NCBI GenBank assembly: GCA_013265495.1
Contig: MU062317.1
Location: 1,178,001-1,242,000 of the forward strand
Direction: 5' to 3'
Length of the DNA stretch: 64,000 nt
Source: Vicugna vicugna
Lineage: Eukaryota
A program made the position numbers and the translations under genes. Positions 35,704-47,470 of this stretch are shown one piece after another; within the stretch, counting starts at the first letter, position 1, and every line of letters starts with the position of its first letter. The notes beneath the pieces were generated by a model. It ran no database searches, was not told the origin of the DNA, and saw only the letters and a program-made list of their open reading frames with translations.

Positions 35704-36321
35704 CCTCCTATTCCTCGAACCTCAGCCCTCCTCTGAGCAGCAGTGGTTTATGGGGGATGAAGCCCAGCCTCCCGAGGGTCACCTCCTGAGCATCACACGA
35801 GCGCCAGCGCCGCCCCAGGTGAGCAGAGGGGCCGCTCTCCGCCGAGTGCGCGACTGCCCTGTTAGGAGTTTGGGGGAAGTTGGCCTCGAATTCCTTGCCA
35901 TGGCTCCACCTACATCCAGGCTGAGTGCTGCGGTGCTCAGGCCGCATGAAATATTCAGGAGAGTTCTATTATTGAATTAACTATTTATCGATTTATAATT
36001 TAAAAGATGTATGCCCCACCGCTAACAAGGATTCCATGTCGACTCTTGATTCTGAGAGCCGCCTGGCGCCACAGCCCCCGGGGACTCCCAACCGACCGCA
36101 GCTCTCACCCAGGAGTGCGGGAGGGGCAGGATGGGGCCCCGGCGGCCCCCGCCTCCCCCACCAGTGCCGCCCACCCTGTCCCATTAGCTGCGTGACGGAC
36201 ACCTGGGTCTGAGTCCCTGAGCCACGCCGGCCACACAGCTGCTGCTCTGAAGACCCACCAAGATTTTGGACACTCCGTTCATACACATCATCCCATCTGG
36301 GCCTCACTGACCCCTGACGGG

Positions 36322-36770
36322 GGAGTTTTTTTTAAAAAATTAAGTGGTTTTGAGAGCAGTTTTAGGTTCACAGCAAAACAGAGGGGAAGGTGCAGAGATC
36401 TCCCGCATCCCCCGCCCCACCGCACACACAGCACCCCCCCGACAGCCCCAGCAGAGGCTGCGCTTGTTATAAACCACAAACCCACACTGACACGCCACGG
36501 CCGCCCACAGCCCGCGGTCCACACAGTGCTCTACAGGTTTGGACAAACGTCTGAAGGCGTGTACCCGTCGTGCTAGTGTTGTCCTGAGATCCTCCACTGC
36601 CCAAAAGTACCGATTCTCTGTGTCACCTCCCACCGTCCGCGCCCAGTCCCCGACTGTTCGCAGTCTCCGCAGGCCGGGCTTCCCCACAAAGCCACACGGC
36701 TGGAAGCACGCAGCGCGGAGCGCCTTCGGACAGCCTTTTCTCCCCCGTAACAGGCATCTCAGTGTGGAGG
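36322..36770 (-). mobile_element. L1MC-type (L1MC1/2-like) 3' end
   Basis: 'gagagcagttttaggttcacagcaaaacagaggggaaggtgcagagatctccc...ctctacaggtttggacaaacgtctgaaggcgtgtacc' is the characteristic antisense L1MC 3' terminus. Confidence 0.85.
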
Positions 36771-36829
36771 CAGGTACTCTGGTTGCGTTCATTTTACAGC
36801 CTGGGACAGGAGAAGCTGCTCGGCTCAGG

Positions 36830-37300
36830 CGACACACGGGGCCCCAGGGCCTGGCTAGACGCAGCGCTGCCCCGGCGGTTTGGGCCCGGCCTGCAGTCCT
36901 CCGGCCGGGGCCTGACCCCGAGCCCTCCCCGGCCGCCCTTCAGGGCCGGCGCGGTGACGCGCCAGTTGCCGCGGGGGAGACGGGGCGGCCGCGGGCCCCG
37001 CCCGCGAGTCAGGGGTGCGGAGGCTGAGCAGCGCGCTGAGTAACCGCTGTTTTACAGCTCCCGCGTCAAGCCCCTGACGGCGTTACTCGGGCTCGGGATG
37101 AAGCCCAGGGAGACGATGACCGCCGGATCAGACTCCGGACGGTGCTCACGTCTGCCAAAGACAACACGCCAGGAAAATCCCCGGATTACGGTGCGAGGGG
37201 CTGTGCCCCGGGAGAGCCCCTCCACGGAGGCCGCCGCTCCCACGCGGCGCCCCCTCCCCGCCGCCGGGGAGCGTGCACGCGGCGGGTGCACCCGAGACGG
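36830..37300. promoter_or_regulatory. Small CpG-island-like segment
   Basis: Very dense CpG and GC-box-like content ('ggggcggccgcggg', 'ccccgcccgcgag'). Function unknown. Confidence 0.45.
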
Positions 37301-38884
37301 AGCTCGCCCAGAGTGCAGTCAGCAGGAGGGCGCCCACCAGGGGTGTCCTGACGCACCCGGAGCTGGTACGCGTGACCGTGGAGCCAGGGCCACGTGTCTG
37401 CCGAGGCAGAAATGTCCCCACGGGTGGGTTCCGGCTCCAGGCTGGGGCACCGCCCAGCCCCCTCCCATGGGGGCGTCCTCGGCAAGCACCTGGGAGAGGC
37501 GGGGTCCCCCCGGGCAGCCTCCTCCCCGCCTCACCTGTGAGTGCCCGTCCAGCCGCGAAGGCTCGGCCGGCCGGGGCCTGGGCACCAACTCCAAAGCCAT
37601 CCAACGAGTCAGTCCTGGCAGGAATGAGACGGCCCGGGACATGCTGGCGGGGGAGGGGCCGCGCGGGGCCCTCTGCGGGGCGGCCGTGTTGGGGGCCCAC
37701 CCGCAGACAAAGGAACAGGAAGCAGCGACAGCAGTGTCCCCCCACCCTGGGTCTGGGCAAGAGAAGGGTCTCTCCTGCCCCCTGACCTCACTGGCCGAAG
37801 TCCACGGGAACCTAGAGGGCAGCACTGCAGAGAGGGCTCCCTGCAGCTCAGCCTCCCCGGGACACAGGGCCAGGTGGCAGAGAAGGGAAGCGTCCAGAGC
37901 CCTGCCACCTGGTCGCCCGCCCACCTCTGTGGGACATGCTGGTGTCCAGCAGCAGGGCCAGCGTCGGGGCTGTGGCCCTGGCTTGTGAGAAGTTCAGGTG
38001 GACGTCGCCAGCTGTTGGGTGGAGCTGCCCTGTACCCCGTTCACCTGGACTGCTCCTGGTCACCTGGGCTGCTCGGTGGAGCTGGGTCCCTCCACTTGGG
38101 TCCAGGGAGCCCCGCCCAGGGCAGTGGTTGAGTCCCGAGGTCCTCTGGGCTGTGTCTGCCGTGGAGCCCCCACCCCAGCGGCCAGCAGAGGGAAGACAGG
38201 TGTCATGCAGCAGCGAGCAGGATGGCCAGGCGCCTGGTCTGCCCCGTGCTGACTGATGACTGGACGAGTGAATGAAGGGTCCAGGGCCCCAGAGTTCCGC
38301 AGACGGAGCCCTGCCCAGGGCTGCCCTTCTCGGGCTCAAGGATGGATCTGGGCAAGTGACTTGAAAACGGGCTGGGCCAGCATTTCCGTGTCCCCAGCCT
38401 GCAGTGTGGAGACACTGTGTCCCGGTTGGGGCCTCAGAGCACTGCCTGGACACTGCAGCCAGCAGAGGGGTCTCTTGCTGGCATACGGGACACCTTCCTG
38501 GAGAGACAGACCACCAACCAGGTTGATGCAGAGGGTTCCCATGACACGAAATGGATCCTTTGATTTAGGAAGGAGCAGAAATGAGGCTTCCCAGACGCAC
38601 GCTCGCGGGGCAGCTGATCTCATCCGCACGACACCCCGGGAGTCGGGTTAGTGCCACTGGGGGCTCAGTGAGGTTAACCGGTCCAGGGTCCCTCAGGGCA
38701 GCACAGGGACCCAAACGCACCTCTGTCTGTGGGGGCCAGTTCCTTCGGAGCTGATGAGGCCAACGTGCCTGGGAGCTGGCTGGAGGGGCTCTGGATCTGC
38801 CCCTACCCCTCCCGTGGGGCCGCCTTGGGGCAGGAGACACAGAGGGCCAGGCCATCTCGCCCCAGTCAGAGCCGCCGGGTTCCC

Positions 38885-38990
38885 TCGGACCTGCTCTCCT
38901 GCATTTGTTCATTATTCATTCACTCAGCAAACGCTTCCGGGAGCACCTGCCAGGTCCCAGGCTCCAGGGCCGTCCCTGAGGGTGCAGCAG
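38885..38990 (-). mobile_element. L2 3' tail fragment
   Basis: 'ttcattattcattcactcagcaaacgcttccgggagcacctgccaggtcccaggc' resembles the antisense L2 tail. Confidence 0.6.
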
Positions 38991-39399
38991 AGAAGACGGG
39001 GCGCCTGATCTCAGGGAGCCTTCCCTCCAGTGGCACGAGACCCAGAGTCAGCGAGTGACAGAGAAACGCACCAGACAGCAGAAGGTGCGCTGCCCACAAG
39101 GTGAGGCCAAGCGCGCGGACGCCAGGCCCCTTGAGTGTGCATCGGGGCCAGAGCAGTCAGGGTGGACATCGTGGCGGAGGCAGTCCTTCGGGGAGGTGGG
39201 TGTGAGATGCCCTAGACCTTGATCTGGAGCAGGGCCATGTGCACCTCGTGTGGTTGGTGCTGTCCGGCTGACGCAGAGCGGGGAGGGAGGGAAACGAGGA
39301 GGTGTGCTGGGGAGAGACGGGCCTGCGCTGGATCCGAGGCTGGGGAAATGGCCGAGGACACGCCATCTCATCTGACTCTGAACAGCAAGGAGGACCCGC

Positions 39400-41230
39400 C
39401 CCGCGAAGCCCACAGCAAGAGCAGTGGCCGGGGCTCGTAGACGGGGAGCCAGGCAGTGTGCACATCCCTGCAGGGGGCGGGCCGGCTCTGGGAGAGCCCA
39501 GCCAGCAGCCCCCACTGGCCACCTGCGCCCCCCAAGTCCTGCGCAGATGCCCGTTCCTGCCTCAACCCCCTGCTGAAATACACAAGGCACTTCCGGCTTT
39601 CCCGACCAAACGCAGTGCCAGGAGCAGCCCAGGGGTCCAAAGAGCCACCACTGGGGTCCTGGGTTAGCCTGACCAGGTTATTGCCCGGAAACACAGGACC
39701 CCAGCAGCCTGTCCACACGGTGGCCTCACAGCTAATGAAACCGTCCCTGTGTCTGGTGGTGGTTAAGTTCCTCCGAAGTCCTGTAATCAGGTGATGAGCC
39801 TGGTGGCAGGAGACTCTTCCAGTCATGGAAGCTCTACTGAGAAAACCAACAGACCCTGGATGGTACACAACTGCTGATTTGGCAAACGAGGTTTTCTTTG
39901 TATCCACGTGGAGGGTTTGCTTCCACATGGCAGGCGTGACTGTCACATTTGAAACCCACCTTGGACCTATATTAATTTCCAGCTCACTGCCATGACCTTG
40001 TCTGCTGAGGTCTGGGTCACTCTGAGGTCCACAGGGCTCAGCACTCGTCCTCCACAACACCAGGACCACGGATCTTGCTGATCTGGGATAGGCAAATGTC
40101 TTGGATGACTTAATAATGTGCCCCAGAGGGTGGGTGACAAACTCATGACAATTTAGGGGTCAGATCCATCGGGGAGGCTTCTGGGGGCCATGGTCTGAAG
40201 CCTGCATCCTCCAAAGTGAACCAGAAGCCACACCCGTGTCCTGCCTGTGCCTGGAAAGAGAAAGGCCATTTGGAGATCCTGGGATCCTGGAAGCAACAAA
40301 TCCCATGCCTGCGTGGCTGCTCCTATTTCCAGGGCGATCCAGAAGATCTCCAGTTTTGAGTAGGGGCCCGAGGCAAGACTTGCGGATCTGGGTTGCGGGG
40401 CACGCCGTTCCACCGAGCTCACCATCCCCAGTGGCACTGGAGGTGATCGCAGCAAACAGGGGTGCTGCTTGGAATCCCAGAGAAGCTGGAGCTGGGAATC
40501 ACCATGCAGGGAGGTAGGGTTTGGGAGCAAAGTCATGTCTCCCCTGAGAGGAACTTTTCTCTTTTCAAGGAAGAGCTCCTGGCCCCCTACTGAGCCCCAG
40601 ACCCGATGCTGACCATTGACATCAGGAGGCACTGGGGATTATCTGGGCAAGGAAGCCACCCGGCCAAGCATGGCAGCGCCAATCCCCCACCGTGTGGGGA
40701 TGGCCTCTCGGAGCTCGAGTCAGTCACGAAGGCGCAGAGAAGAGACACAGATGGGACAGGTGGCCGGGGCTCCTGCAAAGTGCTTCCTTTGACCCGTTTC
40801 CATCACCCCACACCCACAGCCTCATAAGGATTTCTTTATGGCCTTTGATGGAAGGCTGAAACCTGAGGCCTGGTTTCTACCTGGATCTCTCACCAGCCAG
40901 CAGTGACTCTGAGTGATGCAGCTCTGGTCGGGGTTGCCCTGAAGACGGAGGGGGAAGGCGGCACCCGGTGGGCAGGACACCCCGCAGTCAGGGTGGTTTT
41001 CCACTTTATCCAGAGATCGAATGCATGCCGGCTCACGAGACAAGCCAGTGGTCGCCCCACGTGATCCGGGCTTAGAGAGCGGAAGATGGCGGCGTGGAGT
41101 CTGGGGGAAGGATGAGGAGGGGCCTTCTGGAGCAGGGACAGAGTGCAAAGATGCTCACCCCCGTGCGGTGCTCCCAAGGCACCATGCAGAGGGGCTCTCA
41201 AAATCCAGGCGCACAAAACCACTCGGGAGG
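39400..41230 (+). mobile_element. Decayed class III endogenous retrovirus (ERVL-type) pol: RT, connection and RNase H, multiply frameshifted and stopped
   Basis: My translation gives collinear ERVL-pol-like blocks. 'NQVMSLVAG' ~ NQVVTPIAA; 'WYTTADLANEVFF' (39861) ~ WYAAIDLANAFF; 'FASTWQ..Y*FPAHCHDLV' ~ FAFSWQ..YINSPALCHNL; 'PRGWVTN' ~ ARGWEIN; 'LGSWKQQIPCL' ~ FGFWRQHIPHL. Further: 'SFE*GPE' (40352) ~ SFEWGPE; 'PVALEVIAANRGAAWN' (40428) ~ PMVLEVSVADRDAVWS; 'NFSLFKEELLAPY*A' ~ NYSPFERQLLACYWA; 'AWFLPGS' (40868) ~ RNase H AWFTDGS. Confidence 0.88.
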
Positions 41231-41304
41231 GATCCCTCCCCAGTGACCCCAGGGCTTGCTCAGGGTCCCTCACAGGGTGGCCCTGGTGGCAGGGAGGGTG
41301 GTTG

Positions 41305-41690
41305 CTGCAGGCTGAGTCGTGTCCCCCAGAAAGATACATCCAAGCCCTAACACCCAGGACCCGTGGCTGCGACGACTGAGGGCAGGGTCACGGCAGAAGC
41401 GACCGAGTCAGGATGAGGTCACCAGGGTGAGCCCTGACCCAACGCGCTGGTGACCTTGTAGGAGAAGAAAACACCATGGACAGCGGAGGCAGAGACTGAA
41501 GTGACCCAGACACAAGCCCCAGCACACCGAGGGCCGGCCAGAGCAGGGGGTGCAGAGAGGCAGCAGAGCCCAGCCGACACCCGCACTGAGACCTTCCTAC
41601 CTCCAGGCTGGGAGAGAACACATTGCTGCTGCTCGAAGCCGCCCCGTTTGTGGCACTTTGCCAAAGCGACCCCTGAGACACAGATTACAC
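41305..41690 (+). mobile_element. MLT1 (C/D-like) solo LTR
   Basis: 'gtcccccagaaagatacatccaagccctaacaccc...ggatgaggtcaccagggtgagccctgacccaacgcgctggtgaccttgtaggagaag...cctccaggctgggagagaacacattgctgctgctcgaagcc...tttgtggcactttg'. Confidence 0.8.
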
Positions 41691-42299
41691 GTGGGCTCAG
41701 CGAGACGGACTTCAGCCCAAGGGGAGCCCCACTGCCTCTGCCCCGGGACTGCCCAGAGCAGAAGCCACCTGCAGGCCCCTCATGTGGCACATTTCCCAGG
41801 AATTTGTGTCCCTCCTGGTGTCTGGCTCGTGACCCCAGAACGCGGCCATCACAGGGAGGCAGCAAACTGTCCTCACCGGATCTGGGGCTGCCTCCCCTGC
41901 CCACGGGGCCTCGGTCAGCCCCACCTTCCAGGGACGTGCATCACGCCTCCCTCTCCAGCATGGTCCACCCAGCACCGCTCCAGACCAGGAAGGTCACCTC
42001 GGAGACGGAGACGCAGGGCTCTCCCTCCACGTCTCAGCCACCCCACCTCTCCGAGGGGCGGGCTGGGTTGTCCCAGCTCCAGGTCACGTGTGTGATGGGG
42101 CAGAGGGCCGAGGTGTTCTGCAGGCGTGGCCTTGGGCAGACCCCAGCTACGGTCGCTGTCCCACCTTCAGCCCAGCCCCGACTCCCTGAGCTCCAGGTCT
42201 GGAGCGGGCAGGGACCCCATGGCCGCCCGCCCGGCCAGGGTCTCCCCAGCCTCCCCACCCCCTCCTGGCAGCGGTGCCTTCCCTCCACTTGTCTTGGCT

Positions 42300-42690
42300 G
42301 TGACTCTCAGCCTAATTATCTCTAACCTTCTGTTCGAAGCCCGCTGTCCTTGCCTGATAAAAACCAGTAACTTTGAAAGCAAACTGGGTCTTAATTTTCC
42401 TTGACAGCCCGGCTTGAAGCATGCGGGCCGGGCTGGGGTTTAATTAAATGCACATTCGTATTCCAAACAAATTAAGTACAATTAAGGAGCCTGAGTTATG
42501 GGTATCTATCACTCTGTGATGTTTTTGTAAAAATTACCCCATCGAGATCAAAGTCGGAGAATCCTTGCCTTAATTGCTTCATTAGGGCGCCGTGCACCGG
42601 GCTTCGAAAGGACCGGCCCTGGTGTCTCTTTGGGAATTACTCAAACGGCGGCTCTCAGAGTAATCGCTTCCATATTTCTCTCCTGGAGAC
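42300..42690. promoter_or_regulatory. Candidate enhancer (dense TAAT/ATTA plus TCF/LEF)
   Basis: CTAATTA 42312, TTAATTAA 42440-42447, two further AATTAA, AGATCAAAG 42545-42553, TAATTG 42571 in a ~400-bp AT-rich non-repeat block. Confidence 0.55.
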
Positions 42691-45600
42691 GTTCCGGCCT
42701 CCACGGATCAGCAGCAAGGCCTTCAGGAACCCGGCCCAGCTCTGGTCCCCGCCACAGCAGCCGGGGCGTTTTCGTGGCGCCTGCACTGAGGCCTCGCTGC
42801 GCCGGCCGGTGGGTGGGCTGCCCCCTACCCGGCCCTGCCCACACTTGGCCTCTCAGCCGGGCAGCCAGTACCCCAAGGAGCAGGGCCCAGGCCAGGCCGC
42901 AGGTCCCCCAGGTGAGCGGACATGCGCCCCACGGACCTCAGTGGGTGGGTGCCTCTGAGTGCCTCCCGCATGGCCCAGCCCAGCCACAACGCTCTGATGG
43001 CTCAGAGCCCTGGGAGGGGGTGAGGGGCTCCCACCTGAAGCCCCAGGCCGGTGAGGACCCAGCCACTGCTTGAGGCTGCAGGTGGGGGCCCAGCAGGGTC
43101 AGGAGCAGCTGCTAAGGCTCTGAACCCACTGAGTAAGGTGCGGCTGCCCAGCCTCCAGCCCTGCCAGCTTCTGCAGACGGCCTCTCCACCCCATGCAGCA
43201 CCCCCACCTGGACCCATCCCGCGCTTCCCGCCCCCAAGCACAGGGACAGGCAGGTCCCTCCCCAGGACCCTTCCAGGAGCAGGGAGCTGAGCCTCCTCGG
43301 GGGTCCAGCCACACAGCTGCTGAGGGAGGGCCCCTCACGCCGGGACCCTGTGTGGACGCAGGTGGCTGGACCGGGATCACGGGGGCAACGTTCCAGCAGG
43401 GGCTGCCAGGCAAAGTGCAGGATGGCAGCCTACATGGATTCCAGATGAATGAGACGTTGTCTTTTAGTACAAACGTGTTCCGGGCAGCCCTGGGGGCATC
43501 CTCACCCTAAAAATAACCCTGCTTACCTGGAACCCAGGCATCCCCAGGCAGCCTGCATTTTATCTCGCTGGATCCCGCCCTCCTGGCCAGAACACCTGGA
43601 AGGGGGTAGGGAGGACATGAATCCCCAGATGCAGCTGAAGACCTTGCCCCTCCACCCCCTACCGGCCCTGGTGGACCCTGGCCAGCAGCAGGGAACCTGG
43701 CTCTGTCCATCAACATCCTGAGGCCTGAGAGCCCCCAGCCACCCTGCCCCCCAAGCTGGATGGGACCCATGCCTGCAGCCTGACCCAGGGCCTCCCTGCC
43801 ACCACCCCATGGAGCCTCCGCTGGCCTGGGTCCTCCGTCGTGGATCCCAAACTCAAGGACTCCTCAGACTGAGAAAGAAAGACAGCCCCCCCCATCCAGG
43901 GCCACCAGACTCCATCACTCTGTCTCCCTGCCGAGCCCCACACACACACCTGGGCCAGATACAGAGCAAAGAGCACAGAAGGAGGCAGTTGCACGGCCCG
44001 GAGAAAAGAGGGGGCAGGGAGGAGCCTGCACCCCCTTGGTCGTTGCTGGACCCAGGGGCTGCTAGGGGCATGGACCTCATCCCCACCCGTCCCTGCCCAA
44101 GGCCACCTGAACCCTGGCGGTTGATCTGACCAGCACCAAGTGCATTCATGCCATGCCACACCTCGTGGAAGCACCAGTGCAGGTGGGGCACTGTCAGAGA
44201 ACGGGAGTTTCAATCCCGGAACCCCCAGAGACAGAGCAGAGCGCATTCAGTGGGAAAGGAAACACTGAGGGTGACGCCTAGGGTATCCGTGGCCCGTCCT
44301 GGGCACCGTGGCTGGAGGAGGCGGACGCAGGCAGACACCACGGGGCCGGTGGGCCCTCTGCTGGGGCCAGAAGAGCTGACCTGGGGTGGGCTCACTGCCC
44401 TTGACTGAAGACTCCACTAGGGTCCCGGGCCACCAACCAGGACGATGATGATGTTCCAAGGACACCCCTGGTTGGAGGAACTGCGGGGACGAGCCCTGGA
44501 CCCTTCCCCAAAAACAGCCCCTCACTCAGGCACTCGCTGCCCCACGCGCGGAGCCGTACCTGTGCTCAGGACGCAGCTGAGGCAGAAGGGGCTCCCAGGC
44601 TGTCCTCAGAAACCACCCACCCTGCTCTGCCAGGGACCCGTGGGAAACCCCGGATGCCCGGAGAAAAGCCGGCCCTGCCAGGGCCCCGCGGATACTGATG
44701 GCCTCGTGCTCTACAGCTCCAAGCTGGCCCATCGGGGAGGCCGCGTCCTCCTCGCTTTGCAGGGAATCACACGGGCGGACAGTGCTTCCCAAACTGGAGC
44801 TCCTTGGAACACCTTGGGGGTCCCGCAGGCCATGAAAATAATACCATTTATTCTCCCCTCTTCACGTCAGGGAGGGACTGAGGCTGGACATGGAGTCTGA
44901 CCTCCTCCTCACAGCCCACCCGAGTGGCAGGTACCGTTAAAGGCCGCTGAGGCTCAGAGGCTGATCAGGGAGGACCGGATTAGAAGTGACCCTGGGCTGG
45001 CTTCCAGGACCAAGGCCCATCCAGCTACCCAGGTGGGGTGAATCCTCTCACCTCCGGCCTCCTCCTGGGGGGCCTCTGAGGTCCAGGGACTATGGCCCCC
45101 CAGCTCCCAGCCAGGCTAGACAGTGACAGATCGGGGGCAGCCTGTAATCCCCGCCGGGCTCACTACCCGCTCATCGGCCGTGGACCCTGCCGACGGCCTC
45201 ACACCGACACGCTCATTGAATGTGCACAGCTCTATTAGCATAGCAGGAGATGGCCCCCGGGAGCTCCGCGCCACGAAACTTCGAATAGAAATCAAAACAG
45301 GCTGTGAGAGGGGCAGGTGGGGAGACGCCTGGGCCAGTCTGGCTAGTGGAGGCCCCACGAGGGGCAGAAACCCCTGCAGACCCCTCTGGGGAGCCACTCC
45401 CACCGAGGCTCCCAGGCCCCCAAGGAGGGTGCAGCCCAGGGCTGGCTGCACACACCCCTCCGACTCCCCTGGAACCTTGGATGTCTCATTGAAAGGAGCC
45501 CCCACCGCCCCAGGGGGATGCCATGAGGCGCTCCCCGGTCCTTGGGGACCCAGCCCTTGGCCCCTCCCTCGTTCTGGGGGAGGGCCTTGGGTGGGCCCCT

Positions 45601-46899
45601 GGTTGATGCTGCTGGTGGCAGGGGCCCACCCCCATCCCACTCCCCGCGGATGGTCCCTCCTGGACCGTTAGAGCCAGTGTCAAGAAAGAGGTCACCCAAG
45701 AAGATCTGCGCCCTGCCAGCAAGACTCCTCGCACCAGGGGCCCCACAGCCCCGACCCCGCCCTCCGCCCTCCTTCAACACCCCACCAGGCCTCCGGAACC
45801 ACCCGGCCCAGAACCGCTCTGGCAGGGTCAGTGGGGTCTCCACCCACTCGTCTCTCCGCCATTCCTCCATCCCCCACTTTGGAACCCCGTGGCCGCCTCT
45901 GACACAGGCCACACCTGCCCGCAGCCTGGCCCCAGGCCCACGTCCGCAGGACCCCACCGCCATCCCCTTGGCCTGGCCGCCCTTCTAGCTCCCTTCCTCA
46001 GTTCTTCTCCCCCATCTTCTTCTTGCGGGGTCCCCAGGGCCCAGATCTGTCTTCTCTGTCCACACGCAGCATCAAAGCCCACCCACGGGTGTGACCCCAA
46101 GCATCCAGGCCAGCCATCCTCCTGCGCCCCTCCTGACAGCCTGTGCGGCCTTGGAGTCAGATACCTGCTGGGCCCGACGTCAGGGCCGAGGCTGGCACTG
46201 TCAGCACTCAGCTGGCGTTGACCCCCAACACTGCCCTCAGGGCAGGGACGGGCGGCAGGAGGGGCTCCCCCCCTGCCCGCCTGACTCGGCACCTCCCAGA
46301 GGAGTGACCCCACACTGCCATCCCAGCAGAACCCCCCAAAGGCCTCCTCCCCACACAAGCCCCCTCAAGGCCGCCTAAAAAGTGTGCTTCCCCCCCAAGC
46401 CGCCCTCCAGACCCTGAGCCCGGCAGCCCTCCAAGACCCCGACAGGAGGCGGCCCCGCCGCCTGCGCCCACTGCAGCCCCAGGAAGGGGCTCGGGGGCGG
46501 GAGCGCGAGCCTGCAGCCGGGCGGCAGAGCGGGCAGGTCTGCACCTCACTTGGGGGGCACACAGGGCCCCAGACCCATCCTGCCTGCTTCAAAGTGTGGG
46601 GGCCAAGGGGAGGGCCCAGTCACTGCCCAAACTCTGGAGACCCCATAGCGATGGCCTACCCTGAGGGCAGAGTCCCTGACCCACTGGAGCCTGTGCCCCA
46701 GGACACCACAGCCGCCCTACCTAGAGCGACCCCAGCCCTGTCCCGCTGTGTGCTGGGTGTTGGGGACACAGATGACACCCTTTGACGCCCTCAGGGCAGG
46801 TGGCGTCTCGAGGGTGAGATGCCGGAGCCTGTGGGCTGCCCTCCCACCCTCACCCCCAGTTTGCCTCTGCATGCAGTCCCACCTCCACCCTGGGCCCTC

Positions 46900-47470
46900 T
46901 GGCGGTGTTCCCTGGAACACAGCTCCAGCAACAGTGGTGCCCCCCAAGCCTGGCATTCAGGGGGTGCTGACGCACCCCAAGCCCTTGCATGAGCTCCCAT
47001 CTGGGGTCAAGCAGAACTTGTGACTTGCTTCTGGCCAACAGAACACGGCAAAGGTGACAGGAGCCCTCCCTTGGCTAGGTGACGTCAGGTAAGGAAGGCT
47101 CACCTCGCCCCTGGGGTGACGCTCTCCTGCTGGCCTTGGAGACGTGAGCCGCTGGGAGCGAGGCCCGTGGGCCGGGGCTCCGGGTAGCCTCTGGGAGCCG
47201 GGAGGGGCGGGAAGAGAGGGAACTCTGTCCTCTAAACCACAAGGAAGCGAGCGCTGTCAGGCCTGGGATGAGCTGGGAGCAGCTCCATCCCCAGTTGAGC
47301 CCACGGATGAGCGCGCAGCCTGGCTGACACCCGAGTGCAGCCTGGAGTGACCCGCAGGGCACCGGCCAGCTGGGCCTGGCCCCTGCCCTTCGGAAACTGA
47401 GGCACTCAGTGTGTGCCGTTTTAAGCCACTAAGTGCGCAGTGCCCTGTTACACAGCACGGACAACTAACC
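46900..47470 (+). mobile_element. MLT1F/G-like solo LTR
   Basis: 'ttgtgacttgcttctggccaacagaacacggcaaaggtgacagg...ctctcctgctggccttggaga...cagcctggctgacacc...gtgccgttttaagccactaagt...gttacacagca'. Confidence 0.8.

Noticed and set aside
39464-39482. CTCF-like CCTGCAGGGGGCGG
   Set aside because: It has mismatches at informative positions and lies inside a decayed ERV in GC-rich DNA, so a chance match is likely.
39368-40069. 233-aa minus-strand ORF as a gene
   Set aside because: It is antisense to the decayed ERVL pol, whose motifs are on the + strand. It has no recognisable domain of its own.
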